Shown here piece by piece: positions 1 to 7,370 of a stretch of 64,000 nt of DNA. Position numbers and translations under genes: made by a program. The notes under the pieces are model-generated. The model did no database searches. It worked only from the letters and a program-made list of their open reading frames with translations, and had not been told where the DNA came from. This DNA is from Candidatus Buchananbacteria bacterium (GTDB lineage Bacteria; Patescibacteriota; Patescibacteriia; 2-01-FULL-39-33). Within the stretch, counting starts at the first letter, position 1. Every line of letters starts with the position of its first letter. Where the stretch lies: positions 23,116 through 87,115 of the forward strand of contig JBAYJM010000001.1 of NCBI GenBank assembly GCA_041665065.1. The letters are read 5' to 3'.

Positions 1-594
1 TATTTACCCATTGATGAAGATCATCCGACTGAGCCGATTAATTTTTATGGTTTTACAAAATTGAAAATAGAGAGGCTATTGAAATGGTTTAACCAATTAA
101 AAGGAATTAATTTTGCCAGCCTGAGATATTTTAATGCGGTTGGCTATGATCCTGATAGGGGAGCTAAGGGCTTGGAACAAAATCCCAGTAATCTTTTGCC
201 GGTGTTAATGGAGGCCGCAAAAGGAATTAGGAGTTATGTTGAAGTATATGGAGATGATTATGACACGGATGATGGTAGCTGTGTTCGCGATTATGTTCAT
301 GTCAGCGATTTGGCATCTGCGCATCTGGCGGCTTTAAATAAGTTGTTTGCAGGAAGTGAAAGCATGACATTGAATTTGGGTTCATCAGCCGGTATTAGTG
401 TTTTTGAAATGATAAACGAAGTTAAAAAAATATCAGGCGTTGATTTTGAAGTTAGGTTCGGCCCTCGCCGTCCCGGAGATCCTGAGATATTGTTAGCCAA
501 TTCTCAAAGAGCGTGTGAGATGTTGGGATGGAAAGCGCAATATAGTGATTTGCAGACAATAGTAAAAACAACCTGGCAAGCATACAACCAATAA
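1..594 (+). CDS. galE: UDP-glucose 4-epimerase, C-terminal part (5' end lies outside the window)
   Basis: Frame 1 is open from position 1. It encodes YLPIDEDHPTEPINFYGFTK...DYVHVSDLASAHL, the typical GalE/NAD-dependent epimerase C-terminal half. Stop is TAA at 592-594. Confidence 0.75.
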   Translation, partial: YLPIDEDHPTEPINFYGFTKLKIERLLKWFNQLKGINFASLRYFNAVGYDPDRGAKGLEQNPSNLLPVLMEAAKGIRSYVEVYGDDYDTDDGSCVRDYVHVSDLASAHLAALNKLFAGSESMTLNLGSSAGISVFEMINEVKKISGVDFEVRFGPRRPGDPEILLANSQRACEMLGWKAQYSDLQTIVKTTWQAYNQ

Positions 595-1457
595 TGGTTA
601 CAAAATCTGAAAAAATATTTGGATGCAGAGTTGGAGCACATGTTTCGGCTGCCGGCAGTATTATATTTGCTCCGGATAGGGCAAGGGAAGCCGGTTGCGA
701 ATGTTTTCAATTTTTTTCGCGTTCTCCCCAGGGTGGAAACGCCAAGCCGATTGATAAAAAAACTGCAGAAGAATTTATTTCCAAGTGCAAAAGCAATCAA
801 ATGGAGTCCTATATCCATGCGCCTTATTTTATAAATTTAGGCTCGGCAAATAATAAGATATTTTACGGTTCAATATCGTTTTTAAAAGAAGAATTAAAGC
901 GAGGAAGCCAATTGGGAGTAAAATATTTAATGACTCATTTGGGCAGTGCAAAAGAATTGGGCGACAAAGAAGGCCTTAAAAAGGTGGTCAAGGGCATTAA
1001 AGAAATTTTGGCGGACTATAAAGGTTCCTGCGAGTTTTTAATTGAAATGGCGGCTGGAGCGGGAAGTATTATAGGCGATACATTCGAGGAAATAGCAATA
1101 ATTGTTAATTCCAAAGAATTAAAAAAATATAACATCGGCATTTGTCTTGATACGGCACACGCTTTTGCTTCCGGTTATGATTTGCGAAATGAGAAGGCGG
1201 TAAAGGCCACTTTTAAAAAGCTCAATGATATTTTAGGAAGTGATAGGCTAAAGTTAATACATGCCAACGACAGTAAGGCAGACTTGGGCAGCCACAAAGA
1301 TCAGCATGCCCATATTGGAGAAGGAAAAATCGGTTTAGATGGATTTAAAGCAATTGTGAATTATACCTGCAAGCAAAAAGTAAATTTGATATTAGAAACA
1401 CCAAAAGACGGAAAGGATTTAGAGGACATTGAAATTTTAAAAAAGTTGAGAAAATAA
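594..1457 (+). CDS. nfo: Endonuclease IV (AP endonuclease, Nfo family)
   Basis: 287 aa. Metal-binding motifs HAPYFINLGS, HLGS, ICLDTAHAFASGYD and HANDSK...GSHKDQHAHIGEGKIG are present. Its ATG overlaps the galE stop by 1 nt. Confidence 0.85.
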   Translation: MVTKSEKIFGCRVGAHVSAAGSIIFAPDRAREAGCECFQFFSRSPQGGNAKPIDKKTAEEFISKCKSNQMESYIHAPYFINLGSANNKIFYGSISFLKEELKRGSQLGVKYLMTHLGSAKELGDKEGLKKVVKGIKEILADYKGSCEFLIEMAAGAGSIIGDTFEEIAIIVNSKELKKYNIGICLDTAHAFASGYDLRNEKAVKATFKKLNDILGSDRLKLIHANDSKADLGSHKDQHAHIGEGKIGLDGFKAIVNYTCKQKVNLILETPKDGKDLEDIEILKKLRK

Positions 1458-1460
1458 AAT

Positions 1461-1486
1461 GGCCGGTTGGTTGTCCCGGCCGTTTC
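1461..1486. terminator. GC hairpin (GGCCGG-9nt-CCGGCC) between convergent nfo and a minus-strand cassette
   Basis: Perfect 6-bp inverted repeat at 1461-1481, followed by TTT. Candidate bidirectional terminator. Confidence 0.35.
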
Positions 1487-1509
1487 GAGGTGGCGGCCCT
1501 TCGTTTCGT

Positions 1510-1779
1510 TTATGGACCGCACTGAACCTCCCTTACCCCTTCGTCCGTGATGGAATACTCATCGATCACTGGCTGAAATCTGAGCCAGCCCAATGCGATC
1601 AGGGATTCCAGATCAGGCTGAGTCCAGTTTGTGACGACTTCTCCACGGTCACTGCTTCCCCGGTGGTAGCAGTTAATTGCTTCGTCAGCAGTGATCCAGG
1701 TGAACCCCTCGAATTCGAATTCCTCATACAATCTAGAGATGAGCTGAATATCTCTCTCCGTGGCTACAACGTTACTCAT
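1510..1779 (-). CDS. Hypothetical small protein (GC-rich cassette, gene 2 of 2)
   Basis: ORF in a region of about 50-55% GC. Internal ATG (MSNVVATERDIQ...) is preceded by a GGGAG Shine-Dalgarno site. No recognisable family. Confidence 0.45.
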   Translation of the reverse strand: MSNVVATERDIQLISRLYEEFEFEGFTWITADEAINCYHRGSSDRGEVVTNWTQPDLESLIALGWLRFQPVIDEYSITDEGVREVQCGP

Positions 1780-1829
1780 TGTTGCGCTCCCCATCGGTTG
1801 AACCGCTACTTCACCTTGCAATCCGCTTC

Positions 1830-2087
1830 TTACTTTTTTCTTGTCACTTTAAGCCTTATTGGCTCAGAGACAATCTCTAGGTCCCCCTCCTTTTCAACTA
1901 CCGCCCAAATATCAGAGCCGTCTTTCTGACAGTGGATTGTGAATGGGTACAGGCTTTCATTGAAGTGGGGCGGTCCCCAGTTTATGAGTACCGCATTTTC
2001 TATACGCGTTTTACCTCCTCGTCTGGCGGTGATGTTTACCCCGCTTTTAGGGGTAAGTTCATGTTTCTGCTCCCCGCTTCTAATCAT
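1830..2087 (-). CDS. Hypothetical small protein (GC-rich cassette, gene 1 of 2)
   Basis: 85 aa ORF. A strong GGAGGG Shine-Dalgarno site sits 6 nt upstream of the ATG (reverse complement of 2088-2101). GC-rich, unlike its neighbours. Confidence 0.5.
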   Translation of the reverse strand: MIRSGEQKHELTPKSGVNITARRGGKTRIENAVLINWGPPHFNESLYPFTIHCQKDGSDIWAVVEKEGDLEIVSEPIRLKVTRKK

Positions 2088-2132
2088 TGGTCTCCCTCCT
2101 TAATATCAAAGTATAGTCTTATTAGTAATTAA

Positions 2133-2645
2133 ATCAAGTATATAAAAATCGCTATTATTTCAGATTCACATGATAATGTTTCAAATATTGAAAAGTTTTT
2201 GAATTGGGTTGGAAATAATAATATAGAGACAATTATTCATTGCGGTGATTTATCGACGCCGTCTGTCTTGCAAAATGAATTTGGGCCAAAATTCAAGGGG
2301 CAATTTCACTTTGTTCATGGCAATGTTGCCGATAGGGACGTGGACGAAGAAATGGCCGATGAATTTGAAAATTTAATTTGTCACGGGGATATTGGAAAAT
2401 TAGTGATAGAGGGGCAGAAACTCGCTTTCTGCCATCATCCTGACCTAGCAAGGGATTTGGCAAAGACAGGCGAATATGACTTGATTTTTTGCGGTCATAC
2501 GCATAGGCCATGGATGGAGACATTGGATAATGGCACGCAAATAATTAACCCCGGCACATTGGCAGGCCTTTTTAACAAGGCAACGTTTGCAGTTTATGAC
2601 ACCAAGACAAAAAATTTGGAGTTAAAAATTTTAGAAACATTATGA
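2133..2645 (+). CDS. YfcE/MJ0936-like metallophosphoesterase (start codon unclear)
   Basis: Encodes GDLSTP, GNVADRD and GHTHRPW. The track ORF begins at TTG 2199, but the frame is open back to 2133 and encodes IAIISDSHDN, the conserved N-terminal D-x-H motif. No canonical ATG/GTG lies upstream, so the start may be non-canonical. Confidence 0.6.
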   Translation: MKYIKIAIISDSHDNVSNIEKFLNWVGNNNIETIIHCGDLSTPSVLQNEFGPKFKGQFHFVHGNVADRDVDEEMADEFENLICHGDIGKLVIEGQKLAFCHHPDLARDLAKTGEYDLIFCGHTHRPWMETLDNGTQIINPGTLAGLFNKATFAVYDTKTKNLELKILETL

Positions 2646-2866
2646 GGCAGATTTTAGTCCAGGCAAAACCCAATTCATCAAAGGTGGAGGTCGAAAAAAT
2701 TACTGATCAAGTATATAAAGTCAGATTAACGGCGCCACCGGTTGATGGCAAAGCAAATGACCAACTTATTAAGGTTTTGGCTCAATATTTTGATGTTAGT
2801 AAGAGCAATATCGCCATAAAAGCTGGAAAAAACGCTAAAACCAAGGTGGTGATAATTTATGGATAA
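2642..2866 (+). CDS. YggU/DUF167 family protein (UPF0235)
   Basis: 74 aa with the characteristic VDGKAND motif. Overlaps the preceding stop by 4 nt. Confidence 0.7.
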   Translation: MRQILVQAKPNSSKVEVEKITDQVYKVRLTAPPVDGKANDQLIKVLAQYFDVSKSNIAIKAGKNAKTKVVIIYG

Positions 2867-2995
2867 GTTGGTTATAACTTAATTGAAAATAAACCATAAA
2901 TCATATATAATTCCTTATGCTGAAGGGAAGTTTTTGGTATTTTGTGTAATTTTGGCCAAAGATTATGAAATGCAGATTATTGTTCAGTTTGTAGC

Positions 2996-3024
2996 TATTG
3001 ACAAAATTTATCATTTGTGATAAT
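2996..3024 (+). promoter_or_regulatory. Consensus sigma70-type promoter TTGACA-17-TAATAT
   Basis: TTGACA at 2996-3001, 17-nt spacer, TAATAT. No ORF follows on the plus strand for about 500 nt. Confidence 0.5.
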
Positions 3025-3030
3025 ATGTTT

Positions 3031-3453
3031 AATCGCAGGTAATTCCCATCCATTGCTCTGCAGGCACGACAAGCATGGGATTATTAATTAAGGACTATTT
3101 TGGTTTTAACGGACTGGAATTCTCCCTTAAAATAATTTCTTGTCTGCAGGGAAATGGATAGCAGTTGAAGCGATAGTATCCGGTAGCCTGTAGGTTAACA
3201 ATTCAATCAAATTTGTCACCTTCCAAAAAAATTTGAGAAAATTTTTATTTCTTCCCGTACGCTTCGGCGGACGGAAAATGCTCGGACGGGCTGATACGGC
3301 TAGGCACGACAAGCATGGGAATTTTATGGGCAATTTCAGGCTACGGCTTGAATCCTGCTCTACAAAATTTTCTTGCCTGGCCATATAAGCCCATCCGAGT
3401 TTAAACCTACAGGCTATCTGATAATATCTCCCCGATTATGTCGGGGTTTTTTG
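3031..3453 (+). ncRNA. Candidate structured ncRNA of unknown class (about 425 nt, promoter-to-terminator)
   Basis: Bounded by a consensus promoter and an intrinsic terminator, with no ORF above 40 codons. Internal direct repeat aggcacgacaagcatggga (3061-3079 and 3303-3321). Long-range complementary segments tagcctgtaggttaa (3183-3197) and ttaaacctacaggcta (3399-3414). A UUCG-capped helix ccgtacgc-ttcg-gcggacgg. Local hairpins ggata...tatcc and tcccat...atggga. Confidence 0.4.
3430..3453 (+). terminator. Intrinsic terminator CCCCGA-ttatg-TCGGGG + TTTTTTG
   Basis: 6-bp GC stem followed by a run of six U on the plus strand. Confidence 0.6.
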
Positions 3454-3517
3454 TTGCTCTATTTCTTGTTTGTAAAATCAAATTATGTTATTATGTATTC
3501 ATAATTGAAAGATAAAA

Positions 3518-3928
3518 ATGAGCACAACCATAAAGAAAAACGATTTTTTTCAAAGCCAAACCGATCATAAAGATGCCGTAGAAGAATGGTATTCTGGTGA
3601 AGGTCAACTGCTTTGCGATGTTTACGAAAGCGGCGATTATTTAATAGTCAAATCTACAATTGCCGGAGTTGATCCTAAAGACATCGATATATCCGTTGCG
3701 CATGATGTTTTGACGATTCGAGGCGTTCGAAAAATGGATGAAGAAATTGAAGATGAAAAATTTTATGCCCGGGAGTGTTATTGGGGTTCGTTTAGCAGGT
3801 CAATAGTTTTGCCTCATGAAATAGATCAAAAAAAAGTTGCAGCAAGTTTAAAAAACGGCGTGCTAACAGTTAAGCTGCCAAAAAAATATAAATCAACATC
3901 GATTAAAATAAGACAGAGCAATGGATGA
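3518..3928 (+). CDS. Small heat shock protein, Hsp20/alpha-crystallin family
   Basis: 136 aa with the alpha-crystallin domain and C-terminal VLTVKLPKK-like motif. Own TTGTTT-17-TATTAT promoter upstream. Confidence 0.85.
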   Translation: MSTTIKKNDFFQSQTDHKDAVEEWYSGEGQLLCDVYESGDYLIVKSTIAGVDPKDIDISVAHDVLTIRGVRKMDEEIEDEKFYARECYWGSFSRSIVLPHEIDQKKVAASLKNGVLTVKLPKKYKSTSIKIRQSNG

Positions 3929-4157
3929 TCAAAAGATAAAATTTTTAACCGGAGTAATTGATAGGATTGAGGGCGAGAAGGCAGTCGTCAGGCTTGATGA
4001 CGGCCAGGAAATTGTTTGGCCAAAAGATAAATTAACATCGGACATAAAAGAGGGATCATCAGTTAAAATAATCGCGCTGGGCGACAATGAAATGGAAGCG
4101 CACAGAGAAGAAATCGCCAAAAACATTTTGAAGGAAATTTTTAAGACAGATGATTAA
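3921..4157 (+). CDS. DUF3006-like small protein
   Basis: 78 aa. VIDRIEGEKAVVRLDDGQEI...P resembles the DUF3006 beta-barrel family. Overlaps the Hsp20 stop. Confidence 0.5.
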   Translation: MDDQKIKFLTGVIDRIEGEKAVVRLDDGQEIVWPKDKLTSDIKEGSSVKIIALGDNEMEAHREEIAKNILKEIFKTDD

Positions 4158-6099
4158 TTTCAAAAAGCTCCTGGAGAAAAGCCGGGAAAACATGGGATCG
4201 GAAGAATCAGGCAGGCAGAAAAAATCCCAAAAATGGTGGCTATTACTAATTATTGTAGTCGCTTTTTTTATAGTTATTGCCTTGGCGATAATCGGCCTTA
4301 TTGTTTTTGAAATAAAATATAAGTACGAATTTTTTCCAGGAAGCAGGATTGGTAATATTTCGCTTGAAGGCCTAAATCGCGAACAGGCATTGGCCTTGAT
4401 AACACCGATGGCCGATAAAATTGAAAGAGACGGAATAGAAATAAGATATCAGAATGATTCGCATAATTTAAATCTGACAGGCACGATTGATTCATTGTCT
4501 GATCCTGACTTATCACGGGAAGTTTTATATTTTGATGAGTACAAAACTATTTATGAATCATTTAAAACGGGTCATGATGGGTCGTTATTTAAAAATATTG
4601 GAGACCAATGGTCGACGTTTTGGGGTGTTAAAAACTTCAAGGCGGATTTTGTCTTGGATGAAGACGCATTAAATAAAATTTTAAAAGCGCAATTTGGAAA
4701 AAATGATCAGTCGCCCAAAAATGCGACTCCGAAAATAACTTGGGCGGGGAATAGCTATAAAATAGAAATTGAAAATGAAAATCCCGGCAGTGAGATTGAT
4801 TATCAAAAGGCCATTGACGATTTAAAAAACAATTTTTTAGAAATTTCAGATAAGCCGATTTTGTTAACACAAAAAATTACTGAGCCGACAGTAACGGCAG
4901 ATGAAATAACCGGCAAAACCGGTGATATCGATTTTGTTTTAAATTCGTCTACGCCAAAATTTTCATACGCAGATAAAAATTGGCAAATGGATAAAAAAAA
5001 GTTATCACAAATGATCGAATTTCAGAAAGTTGATAACGAAATTAAATTGGGTTTAAATCACGATCTATTTATAAAGTGGTTTACTGATACTATTTCAGCT
5101 CAAATTAATGTCGAGCCCAAAAATGCGCAGATAGAAATCAAAGACGGACAAGCCACAAAAATTTCCACCCATCAGGAAGGATTGAAAGCTGATGCGGAAA
5201 AGGCCTACGCTGATGTTCAGGGCAGATTAATGACAGCACAGTGGCCGGTTGCCGTTGAAGTGGTAAAAATTGCTCCGGATGTGGCAACTGATAATATCAA
5301 TGACATGGGCATTAAAGAAATTATCGGCGTTGGCGAGTCTGATTTTAAAGGCAGTCCAAGCAACAGGATTCATAACATTAAAAATGGTGCTAGCAAAGTG
5401 CATGGAATTTTAATTAAGCCCGGCGAAGAATTCTCTTTGATAAATACTTTAGGAGAAGTTGAAAAATCAACAGGATATTTGCCAGAGCTGGTTATCAAGG
5501 GCAATAAGACAATGCCTGAATATGGCGGCGGGCTTTGCCAAGTCGGGACGACAATGTTTAGAGCGGCGATGGGATCGGGTCTGCCAATAACTGAAAGGCG
5601 CAATCATTCATATAATGTTACTTATTATTTGGAAAATGGTTTGCCGGGAGTTGATGCTACAATCTATATTCCTCATCCTGATGTTAGATTTATAAACAAT
5701 ACTGGAAATTATGTTTTAATTCAGACTAGGGTAGAAGGTACTAAATTAAAGTTTGAATTTTGGGGCACAAAGGATGGCAGACAGGCTACAAGGACAAAGC
5801 CCAAGGCTTGGGACTGGGTTTCACCTCCGCCTACAAAATATGTTGAAACAACAGAATTAAAGCCAGGACAAAAGAAATGCACGGAAAGCGCCCATAAAGG
5901 CGTTAAGGCTTCATTTGATTATATTGTCACTTCAACTGACGGAACAGTAAAAAGACAGAATTTTTATTCGGTATACAAGCCCTGGCAGGCAGTTTGTTTG
6001 ATTGGCGTTGACCCGAATAAGGCCGTTGCAACCAGTACCGAAGTAATAATCGGAACGCCTGAAAATCCCGTGACAACTACTACTAGTGTTAGTAATTAA
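4150..6099 (+). CDS. VanW family protein, membrane anchored
   Basis: 649 aa with an N-terminal TM helix. Carries the VanW core motif GYLPELVIKGNKTMPEYGGGLCQVGTTMFRAAM. Confidence 0.75.
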   Translation: MINFKKLLEKSRENMGSEESGRQKKSQKWWLLLIIVVAFFIVIALAIIGLIVFEIKYKYEFFPGSRIGNISLEGLNREQALALITPMADKIERDGIEIRYQNDSHNLNLTGTIDSLSDPDLSREVLYFDEYKTIYESFKTGHDGSLFKNIGDQWSTFWGVKNFKADFVLDEDALNKILKAQFGKNDQSPKNATPKITWAGNSYKIEIENENPGSEIDYQKAIDDLKNNFLEISDKPILLTQKITEPTVTADEITGKTGDIDFVLNSSTPKFSYADKNWQMDKKKLSQMIEFQKVDNEIKLGLNHDLFIKWFTDTISAQINVEPKNAQIEIKDGQATKISTHQEGLKADAEKAYADVQGRLMTAQWPVAVEVVKIAPDVATDNINDMGIKEIIGVGESDFKGSPSNRIHNIKNGASKVHGILIKPGEEFSLINTLGEVEKSTGYLPELVIKGNKTMPEYGGGLCQVGTTMFRAAMGSGLPITERRNHSYNVTYYLENGLPGVDATIYIPHPDVRFINNTGNYVLIQTRVEGTKLKFEFWGTKDGRQATRTKPKAWDWVSPPPTKYVETTELKPGQKKCTESAHKGVKASFDYIVTSTDGTVKRQNFYSVYKPWQAVCLIGVDPNKAVATSTEVIIGTPENPVTTTTSVSN

Positions 6100-6113
6100 T
6101 GGCCTTGACTTTT

Positions 6114-6143
6114 TGGCTATAATTGTTTATAATTTTAAAAGTT
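6114..6143 (+). promoter_or_regulatory. Promoter TTGACT-17-TATAAT
   Basis: Consensus-like -35/-10 pair with 17-nt spacer, upstream of a short hairpin-terminated segment and tRNA-Glu. Confidence 0.4.
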
Positions 6144-6185
6144 TAATCAGTGTTTAAGGCTGTCATCCTGGACTCCTTTATTGTC

Positions 6186-6222
6186 ATTCCGTACTTAATA
6201 ATACGGAATCTCGTCTTTTTTA
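6186..6222 (+). terminator. Hairpin ATTCCGTA-8nt-TACGGAAT followed by a T-run
   Basis: 8-bp perfect stem, then ctcgtcTTTTTT. With the promoter at 6114 it bounds a short transcript of about 80 nt just upstream of the tRNA. Confidence 0.4.
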
Positions 6223-6255
6223 TAAAATACTGATTACCAGTTACAATTTATATTT

Positions 6256-6327
6256 GCGGCCATCGTCTAACGGTTAGGACGCCAGGTTTTCATCCTGGTA
6301 ATCGGGGTTCGATTCCCCGTGGCCGTA
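6256..6327 (+). tRNA. tRNA-Glu (anticodon UUC)
   Basis: Cloverleaf: acceptor GCGGCCA/TGGCCGT, D-arm GTCTAACGGTTAGGAC, anticodon stem CCAGG/CCTGG with loop TTTTCAT (anticodon TTC), T-arm CGGGGTTCGATTCCCCG. CCA is not encoded. Confidence 0.85.
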
Positions 6328-6342
6328 CTACTATTTTCAAAA

Positions 6343-6380
6343 AGAAAAGCACCAATATTTTGGGTGTTTTTTCTTTGAGG
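6343..6380 (+). repeat. Terminator-like element; imperfect direct repeat of 8813-8850
   Basis: gaaaagcaccaatattttgggtgttttttctttgagggctaatga is about 80% identical to gaaaaaacacccatattcgggtgttttctttttgaggtgaatga at 8813-8850. Confidence 0.45.
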
Positions 6381-6455
6381 GCTAATGAGAATCGATCTAT
6401 AGCTTTTGACTTTTGAATTTCAATATCAGATAATTATAATAAATATTTATTAAAT

Positions 6456-7163
6456 TTGCATATGGATTCAAGACAATATATAAAGCCTTTGAGTAAAAAA
6501 GAGAAAGCATCTGTTTTAAGGATGAGAGATAATATTCTTGAACAATTTAGAAAGACACCAAAGACGGGTATTGAAGTTAAACATCTTGGAAAATCATTCA
6601 TTGTTCCTGATGGTGTTTTTTGGCCTCGACCCGATAGCGAGTCATTAATAAAAAATTTTATAATTAGGAAAGGCGAAATTGTTTTAGATGTTTGTACTGG
6701 CTCAGGAGTTATCGCAATAAATGCAGCTCTGAAAGGAGCTAAAAAAGTTATTGCTGTTGATATAAGTCCTAAAGCTGTTAAGGCAGCTATATTAAACGTG
6801 AAACGTTTTAAGTTGGAAAAAATAATTGAAGTTCGAAAGTCAAATGTTTTTTCAGGGGTCAATAAAAAAGAAAAATTTAATGTTATTACATTTAATCCAC
6901 CTTTTTATAATGAACCAGCAAAAGATTTGATAGATAGAACCATGAAGGATCCTGGCTTTAAAACCACAATTAAATTTTTTAAGGATGTAAAAAATTATTT
7001 AAAAACAAAAGGCAGAATTTATGTTGCACAAGCTAATTCTGGAGATGTTCTTAAGATGATCGAATTGGCTGAAAAAAGTGGATTTAGCGTAAGGCCTATC
7101 GGGAAGAAAAAAATGCCAGAAAGTCCTCTTGAATTTTATGCTTTTGAATTGTTATTTAAATAG
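6456..7163 (+). CDS. Class I SAM-dependent methyltransferase, small-domain type with NPPF motif (HemK/RsmC-like)
   Basis: 235 aa. Motif I LDVCTGSGVIAINAA, acidic D at VDIS, and catalytic NPPF. Confidence 0.7.
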   Translation: MHMDSRQYIKPLSKKEKASVLRMRDNILEQFRKTPKTGIEVKHLGKSFIVPDGVFWPRPDSESLIKNFIIRKGEIVLDVCTGSGVIAINAALKGAKKVIAVDISPKAVKAAILNVKRFKLEKIIEVRKSNVFSGVNKKEKFNVITFNPPFYNEPAKDLIDRTMKDPGFKTTIKFFKDVKNYLKTKGRIYVAQANSGDVLKMIELAEKSGFSVRPIGKKKMPESPLEFYAFELLFK

Positions 7164-7337
7164 TTTTCCAACAGTTGCGTTAATCCGTACTAGAAAAATA
7201 ACCCATGCTTAAGGGGCTATTTTTTTATTAACTAATAGGGAATCGAACTTACTAAAATAAAATAGTTCCAAGACGAATATATATAAGTCAGGGGGCAGTG
7301 AATCTCTATTTGCGGGGATACAGAAGCCAGCTTCTGA

Positions 7338-7370
7338 TTTAAAAAACCGTAACAATCCTTTGTTACGGTT
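7338..7370 (-). terminator. Intrinsic terminator AACCGTAACAA-tcct-TTGTTACGGTT
   Basis: 11-bp perfect stem directly after the stop of the minus-strand gene. A run of six U follows on the minus strand. Confidence 0.6.

Noticed and set aside
297-818. Minus-strand track ORFs 297-500, 504-818 and plus-strand 619-834 overlapping galE and nfo
   Set aside because: Shadow ORFs inside well-supported genes. The same reasoning applies to the many other short antisense or out-of-frame track ORFs within ftsH, rpsA, pilB, the ABC genes, the HK, thrS and others.
3127-3384. 85-aa minus-strand ORF inside the ncRNA candidate region
   Set aside because: No ribosome-binding site. It lies antisense to a promoter/terminator-bounded transcript, and its composition is unlike neighbouring genes. 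Most likely a chance ORF.
3031-3453. ncRNA candidate as RNase P RNA or tmRNA
   Set aside because: RNase P P4/CR-I/CR-V consensus (GGAAAGUCCGGGC, AGGGUGAAA.GGUGCGGUAAGAGCGCACC, ACAGAACCCGGCUUA) was not found. No tRNA-like 3' end (GGUUCGAUUCC...CCA) or ANDxxxALAA-type tag frame was found for tmRNA.
7230-7300. Possible tRNA pseudogene on the minus strand (11-nt match to a T-arm, gttcgattccc)
   Set aside because: No acceptor, D or anticodon stems can be folded around it. Kept only as a possible remnant in the tRNA-adjacent island finding.
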